A stretch of 64,000 nucleotides of DNA. Origin: Diplonema japonicum. Taxonomy: Eukaryota; Protista; Euglenozoa: Diplonemea. The stretch is taken from assembly GCA_964019335.1 (NCBI GenBank), contig OZ025712.1, positions 1-64,000 on the forward strand, in the 5' to 3' direction. Below, in pieces: positions 58,774 through 64,000 of the stretch (position 1 is the first letter of the stretch; each line of letters starts with the position of its first letter). The position numbers were made by a program, and so were the translations under genes. The notes below the pieces were generated by a model. The model saw nothing but the letters and a program-made list of their open reading frames with translations. It was not told the DNA's origin and did not search any database.

Positions 58774-59194
58774 TTAGTACCCAGCACCGATGAGGTAGTC
58801 CTGTTGTTGTTGTTGTTGTTGTTGTTAATACCTTCATCCCCTCAACAGCGACGTTGCACCCACCAGGGGTCTGGCCCTCGGCGTAGGTGCCGACAACCAA
58901 GCACTGGGTGCTCTTGGCAATGCACACCCCAGCAGCACCCTTCTTCCCGTAGTAAAGACCATCTTCGCTAATGAAACGGAGGGTGAAGTGCTTCTCCCCC
59001 GCAATGGTGCACCCGTTGGCCTGGAAGTACGCACCCGAAGCCTCACCCATACCACCGGCGATGGCAACAGCCTCCTCAGGGGTCAGCCCGAAGGCAGCAT
59101 CCTTGGCCCAGACGGAGCCGTCAATTCCAAGAAGTGCTGCGTTCTTCACGGCACCGCCAGCGATCAGGTTGTCACAGTACGAGTCCCAAGACAT
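58774..59194 (-). CDS. PFN: Profilin copy 4; intron 58801-58831
   Basis: Protein identical to copy 1. Confidence 0.93.
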
Positions 59195-59291
59195 TTTTCT
59201 TTTTTTTTTTTTTTTTTCTTCTTCTTCTTTTTGCAACAAAAAGGCTGTGGTGGTATGATAGGGGCAACAGAAAAAAAGGAGGAAACCCCGG

Positions 59292-60590
59292 TCACTGATC
59301 CCGTTTTCTCTTCCTTGGCACGACGACACGCGGCTCGCCACTCTGCTGGAGTATTGCGGGCATATGCCAAGACACGTACTGGTTCAGAGAAAAGAGCTGC
59401 GCAGTGTAGGCGCGCATGGTGCTATTCTGCGGTATGGTCGGCATGTAAGTGGTGATGACAGGTGCGTCCTGCGTGCTTTGCTGGCTTCTGCAAGGTACAT
59501 CCCTCAGCGGTGTCGGTTCCTCGACTGGGGCTACGGCCTCAGGTATTATTACATCGAGATTCAAAATGGGCATAATGCGCGACAGGATGGCCACCTCTGC
59601 GGCGGTGGGATCTACAACGTCTTCAAAGATCTTCCGTAGATCAGCCTCTGTGTCGACATGCTCTTGCTGCGACGCGAACGAAGGTTCTGGTTCCAGCTCG
59701 GGGTCGGGTTCTAGTGTCTTTGTGCTCATGGCGTTGATGACCTCGGTTAAGTTTTCCGGACCGGGATGCACGGATTGGTCTTCCTGCTCATCCTGACACT
59801 TCGAGACGTCGTCTTCCTGCTCCTGCTCCTGCTCTTGCTCATCTTGTTCCTGTTCTTCGTCTGACAGAAGAGCATCGTCTTTGTCCTGCTCAGCAGCTCT
59901 CTCGCCCCAGTCCTTGTCCATTGATATTGACGCAAACCCTGTCTGTCCCGCACGTAGGGGAGCACTCTTGCACTCTACGTGGAGCCGTGCTGCCTCAGGG
60001 ACACAGGCAAGTTGCGCAACTTGCGCAGTTTTTGAATCTTCATCCCAAGACCGGCACATGAAGTAGTGGTTTGGCTTTTTTAGGTAGCATGACCAGCAGC
60101 ACATCCAGCCTTGAGGGTTACCTGCTCGGTCACCGCCTTCGGCGCCGACGCATGCACGCACAATGGTCTGCGTGGGTACGGGGTCGTTGTAGTCGCTGTC
60201 CATGTCGATGGTGAGGTTGGCTGACGAGATGCTCCTGATGACGACAACCTGTCGCACCTTCGAGAGGTCCATGACAACAATGTCGTCCAAACAAGCAAGA
60301 ACCTCCTTCTCGTGCAACATCTCTTTGGGGTTCTGGTCGTACCAGTTCTTCGTGTACTCGTCACCCGCACGCATCCACGGCCATACTGTAGCGTACCGCC
60401 TCCCTTCCATCTCATACATAGACCACAGCCTGTACAGCTCGAACCCGTCTGTCTCGCCGTCCTTCACCGCCATCACATCATCGCCTACCTTCACCGTAAC
60501 ACCGTCTTGCGTGACATACTCTCTGTAAAACCTCCGGCCGTCCCTCCCCACCTCGCACGCACCCAGCCATCCTTCCTCTGGCTTGTCCAT
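59292..60590 (-). CDS. BAH-domain-like protein with acidic low-complexity tail
   Basis: DGVTVKVGDDV...MYE...ATVWPW...HEKEVL pattern typical of BAH; terminal PRKRKR NLS-like. Confidence 0.6.
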   Translation of the reverse strand: MDKPEEGWLGACEVGRDGRRFYREYVTQDGVTVKVGDDVMAVKDGETDGFELYRLWSMYEMEGRRYATVWPWMRAGDEYTKNWYDQNPKEMLHEKEVLACLDDIVVMDLSKVRQVVVIRSISSANLTIDMDSDYNDPVPTQTIVRACVGAEGGDRAGNPQGWMCCWSCYLKKPNHYFMCRSWDEDSKTAQVAQLACVPEAARLHVECKSAPLRAGQTGFASISMDKDWGERAAEQDKDDALLSDEEQEQDEQEQEQEQEDDVSKCQDEQEDQSVHPGPENLTEVINAMSTKTLEPDPELEPEPSFASQQEHVDTEADLRKIFEDVVDPTAAEVAILSRIMPILNLDVIIPEAVAPVEEPTPLRDVPCRSQQSTQDAPVITTYMPTIPQNSTMRAYTAQLFSLNQYVSWHMPAILQQSGEPRVVVPRKRKRDQ

Positions 60591-60986
60591 TATCCTAGCG
60601 TGGTTCCCTTCGTCATAGCAGAAGAATTTTGTTACACCCGAGAAAGCACGCAAAAAATCGAAGGCAACTAGGAAAAAAGCCCAAGAAACAATGCAGAGAA
60701 ATCAAGATCAATTGGAGACAGTTCAACGGAACAGCTCGTACAGGTGGAGTCGTACGGGAACTTCTAGCTTCTAGCAAGGGGCACCCTTAACGGAAGGGAA
60801 AAAAAAAAAACAAGGTTGAACAAAGCTCAAATATTTGTGTCAAATAATTTAAAACTCAGAAGAAAATATCTCGGGGGGGCGGGTGGGCGGGGGGGGGGGA
60901 TAGCTGCATTCTTTTAATTTTCTTTTTTCCCGTCGTCTATTTTTCTTCTCACCTCCCTCCCGGTCCCCTCATTTTTATTCCTAACA

Positions 60987-61979
60987 CTAAAAAGGGCCCG
61001 GGATGGGTGCAGTGTGTCTCGCGAAGAAGGACGATAGATAGCGGCACATTTCCTGTGGACTGTCCTCCTGCATGTAGTGCCCGGTGTTTGCGATGATGGA
61101 GAGCTGGAACTTGCCTTGCATGTGTGCCAGCGACAGTTCTCTGTCCAGACGGTCGGGGGAGGCAACGAGGAGGAGTTTGGGACATTTTGCAGACAGGAAC
61201 CATGTGTCGAGGCCGAGGAACCATTCTTCCCAGTAGGGTTCTGTTGAAAGTAGGTCGGTGCGCCATGTGTACAAGCCGTCCTTCTCCTTGAGCTGTGCAG
61301 GGATAGACGCCCGTGCTGATTCCATGTTCCGAAGCCCTGCACCCGACATCCCCCAGTGGATAGCCTTGCTGAGGGAGGTGAAGGACAAGGGTTTCTTTGC
61401 GAGGATGCTCTTCATATGCTTTAAGGACTCGATAGCAGTGCCCTCCACCACATCGACAACAGCACACCCCCCGAGTCCTGGAAGAAGGTCAGGGTGATTG
61501 GCGGCAGAGGCGGCGACAGCACCACCAAGGCTGTGCCCGACTATCATGTACTTGCTCCCCTTCGGGATGCAGGTTTTGATGATATTCACCGCATCATTCG
61601 TAATCGTCGCGATCGACATGTCCGTCCCATCCTTGCACACCGTTTCTCCATGCCCTCGCATGTCGTACGTTACAACGTTTACGTGCTTCTTCAGCTCTGC
61701 TGCACAGAGCCCCCATGACATGCCGCAGAGCCCCGCGCCGTGTATCAACAGCATGTGTTTTCCGCACCCCTCAGGCCCTTTCCCCTTGTACACCCTGAAG
61801 CTGTCCCCTCCTATGTCCACCGACTGCACCTCATCAAAACATTCCTGCGGGGTGATTGGCTTTATATCTTCAACCTTTCCCCCCGATCTACCCTTGGGGG
61901 GCGGCGGGAGCATCGAAGCAGGCGGTGGGGGCATGCCGCACGAGTTGCTCGCTGCTTTCTTTAAAAGCTCTTTGTTCAT
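60987..61979 (-). CDS. PPME1: Protein phosphatase methylesterase 1
   Basis: DMRGHG, GHSLGG, DVVEGTA, SARASIP, WRTDL..T..YW..WF.GL, DRLD..L...MQGKFQ. Confidence 0.92.
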   Translation of the reverse strand: MNKELLKKAASNSCGMPPPPASMLPPPPKGRSGGKVEDIKPITPQECFDEVQSVDIGGDSFRVYKGKGPEGCGKHMLLIHGAGLCGMSWGLCAAELKKHVNVVTYDMRGHGETVCKDGTDMSIATITNDAVNIIKTCIPKGSKYMIVGHSLGGAVAASAANHPDLLPGLGGCAVVDVVEGTAIESLKHMKSILAKKPLSFTSLSKAIHWGMSGAGLRNMESARASIPAQLKEKDGLYTWRTDLLSTEPYWEEWFLGLDTWFLSAKCPKLLLVASPDRLDRELSLAHMQGKFQLSIIANTGHYMQEDSPQEMCRYLSSFFARHTAPIPGPF

Positions 61980-62117
61980 TTTTCACTCCCCCCCCCCCTT
62001 CCCCCTGGGTTTGGTTTGCAAATCTCGATAATGGTATTGTAAAAGAAAAAAAAAATAGCACCAACGTGAAAACAAAGGGTTAAACTTAACTTCAAATCAA
62101 AAAGGTGTAACAACGTA

Positions 62118-63410
62118 CTAAAGCCATTCAGGCGGTACCTCGTGGTAGGTGGTAGTCCCTCGGAGGGTGTACTCGTCCTCCACACGCAGCAGACTGTTCC
62201 AAAGCATAGTGCGGTCACCAGAGTAGAGACCACCCAGCATGGCCCAGTGACAAGACAGGTGCATAGCGAGCTCTGCAGGCAGTGTGTCTGGTGTTATGTG
62301 TGTCTCTGTTCGGAGGATGGTTTTTATGCGTTTGCCGTGTAGCTGTGCTGACTCAGATGCGAGGGCTGTGATGGTGTGGTGGCGCGTGAGGCGCACGGTG
62401 CACATGTCCAGTGGAATGTTCGCATTGCCGGAGATGATGTGAGTCCTGTCCACAACCTCGTCTCCGATGAGCAGGAAGTTCAGCAACTTCACGACACCCC
62501 ACCCGTCCACCTCCTTTGCGTTGAACGGGTCGACCACAGCGTGCAACAACCCGAGCTTCGCGTTGCGTTTGCACTCGTCGATCACAGCAAACGGAGACCC
62601 GACGTCGCGGGAGCCTCGTCCGAAGTGCACCACAACCTTCACACGTTCGTAGTACTCTGTCGACACATCGATCGCCTGCTGCACGTCGGTGAGGACATCT
62701 ACAAGTGACGCGTCGGAAGGGAGGACGAACCCGCCCCTCGGCCCGACGGGCGGGTGGGGCGAGGGTTTCAGAAGCTCTGTGATCTTCCGTACCAAAGCCA
62801 GCGAGGAGTGCAGCGTGTCGGAGTAAACGATGAGGGCAATCTCTTCGATGGGAACGAGGTTCTTGCTGTCTGCAGTGCTTTCGTAGATGGTGACGACGGG
62901 AACGGGAAGGGGTCCTGTGAGGGCCGGGTGCGAGGCGCGCCATGCAGAAGCAGAGAGGCAGAACCACCCCACACTACCAAGGTAGATACCTATGTGCGAG
63001 TCCAACATGATTGACGTAATGACTTCATCGATGCGTCCAACGGCCGCATCGCGGAGACGCTCTTCAATGGGAGGGATCTCCTCTGCTAGTATGCATCGGA
63101 CTTTGTCTCGTTCGCCGCAACCCTCTTCCATACCCCTCAGGCTTTGCATCTCTTCTACCTCGCTGCTTCGTCCCTCCCCTGTGCTGCTCTGCCATGACCC
63201 GTTGCATGTTTCCACTTGGATTTCCATGCACCACTCCCCGTTGCTGTTGATTACCGGTCGTCCTTGTACCGTTTTTATCTTATCCTGAACAAGTTCCAAC
63301 AAATTCTTTTCCATGTACAAAAACGGCTCTACTGGTTTGTCTTTACTCAGTCCCGAGAGCATCACTTCCACTAACTTCGCGACGGTGCTCGCTCGTTCCA
63401 TCTTGCCCAT
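62118..63410 (-). CDS. Divergent enolase-like protein (ENO4-like) with N-terminal docking-type helix pair
   Basis: KIKTVQGRPVINSNG...EIQVET, LPVPVVTI, VGPRGGF, LIGDE, GDRTMLWNSLLRVED; N-terminal KPVEPFLYM. Confidence 0.65.
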   Translation of the reverse strand: MGKMERASTVAKLVEVMLSGLSKDKPVEPFLYMEKNLLELVQDKIKTVQGRPVINSNGEWCMEIQVETCNGSWQSSTGEGRSSEVEEMQSLRGMEEGCGERDKVRCILAEEIPPIEERLRDAAVGRIDEVITSIMLDSHIGIYLGSVGWFCLSASAWRASHPALTGPLPVPVVTIYESTADSKNLVPIEEIALIVYSDTLHSSLALVRKITELLKPSPHPPVGPRGGFVLPSDASLVDVLTDVQQAIDVSTEYYERVKVVVHFGRGSRDVGSPFAVIDECKRNAKLGLLHAVVDPFNAKEVDGWGVVKLLNFLLIGDEVVDRTHIISGNANIPLDMCTVRLTRHHTITALASESAQLHGKRIKTILRTETHITPDTLPAELAMHLSCHWAMLGGLYSGDRTMLWNSLLRVEDEYTLRGTTTYHEVPPEWL

Positions 63411-63885
63411 GGCATGCCTGTGGTATAAACTCAAAGACAGAAAAAAAACTTTTGACAGGAAAGGAGGAGAATGTATGGGGAGGTCCATTTGTTTAAGGGT
63501 AAATCCCCTTGGACGAAGAAAAAAAAAATCAGATAGTTAACCGAAACGGTACCACGTAGAAAAAGAAATAAGAAGGAATGAAGGGTATCTCAACAGGTGT
63601 GTTCCAGATACGCCTCTTATTCTCTTTTTAGTTGAATGGGACAATAAAGTCAAATTTGAAAAAAAAAAAAAAAAGAACATCAACCTTAAACATCAACGAT
63701 AGAGTATTCGTTGCATGGTTTCATTAACAAAACGCATACATTCGCGGATGGAAAAAAAGGGGGGGAGGGGGAGACGAGACAAGATATCCTCATCAGCTTA
63801 ACCACAGGCACCACAAGAGAGATCTCCCCATGTCAGCTAGTGATTAAGTGTCCGAGGTGCTCAAGTCGTGCTTTTCATAGTGTGC

Positions 63886-64000
63886 TCAGAGCTTTGCGGA
63901 GCCCTTGAGCTTTCCGATGACTGTCTGGGGGGCGTACTTGTCGATGTAGGACTCGGAGTGCATCATGTTGAACTCCTCTGTTGCGTCCTTGCCGGCGTAG
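63886..64000 (-). CDS. 3' end of a gene with a C-terminal cytochrome b5-like domain ending in the PTS1-like signal -AKL
   Basis: Translation YAGKDATEEFNMMHSESYIDKYAPQTVIGKLKGSAKL*. Confidence 0.8.
   Translation of the reverse strand, partial: YAGKDATEEFNMMHSESYIDKYAPQTVIGKLKGSAKL

Overview
Gene-dense eukaryotic genomic DNA. Every supportable gene (about 30 protein genes, one tRNA and one retrotransposon) lies on the minus strand, often only 50-100 nt apart. Coding regions are broken by very short (30-65 nt) GT-AG introns, mostly starting GTATG. This fits a polycistronic, trans-splicing euglenozoan such as a diplonemid (inference). From left to right: an APE-RT-RNase H non-LTR retrotransposon starting about 100 bp downstream of tRNA-Ala(AGC); MCM7; a B-box protein; a multi-C2HC zinc-finger gene; RPA1; an SDR/epimerase; a cysteine desulfurase/selenocysteine lyase; V-ATPase F; CFAP410; an SLC17-like MFS transporter; a WD40/coiled-coil protein; TRAPPC5; a PPR protein; Rab2; two abutting MITE-like elements (one with a 184-bp perfect inverted repeat); a four-domain voltage-gated cation channel; an NhaC-like antiporter; HAS1/DDX18; DTWD1; four profilins around a roadblock dynein light chain; a BAH protein; PPME1; an enolase-like protein; and the 3' end of a cytochrome-b5-domain gene. 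The most striking observation is that a complete intron-containing membrane-protein gene (11613-13236) appears nested, on the same strand, inside the only long intron in the window (11503-13313) of the zinc-finger gene. All product names come from motif recognition by eye; no database searches were run.
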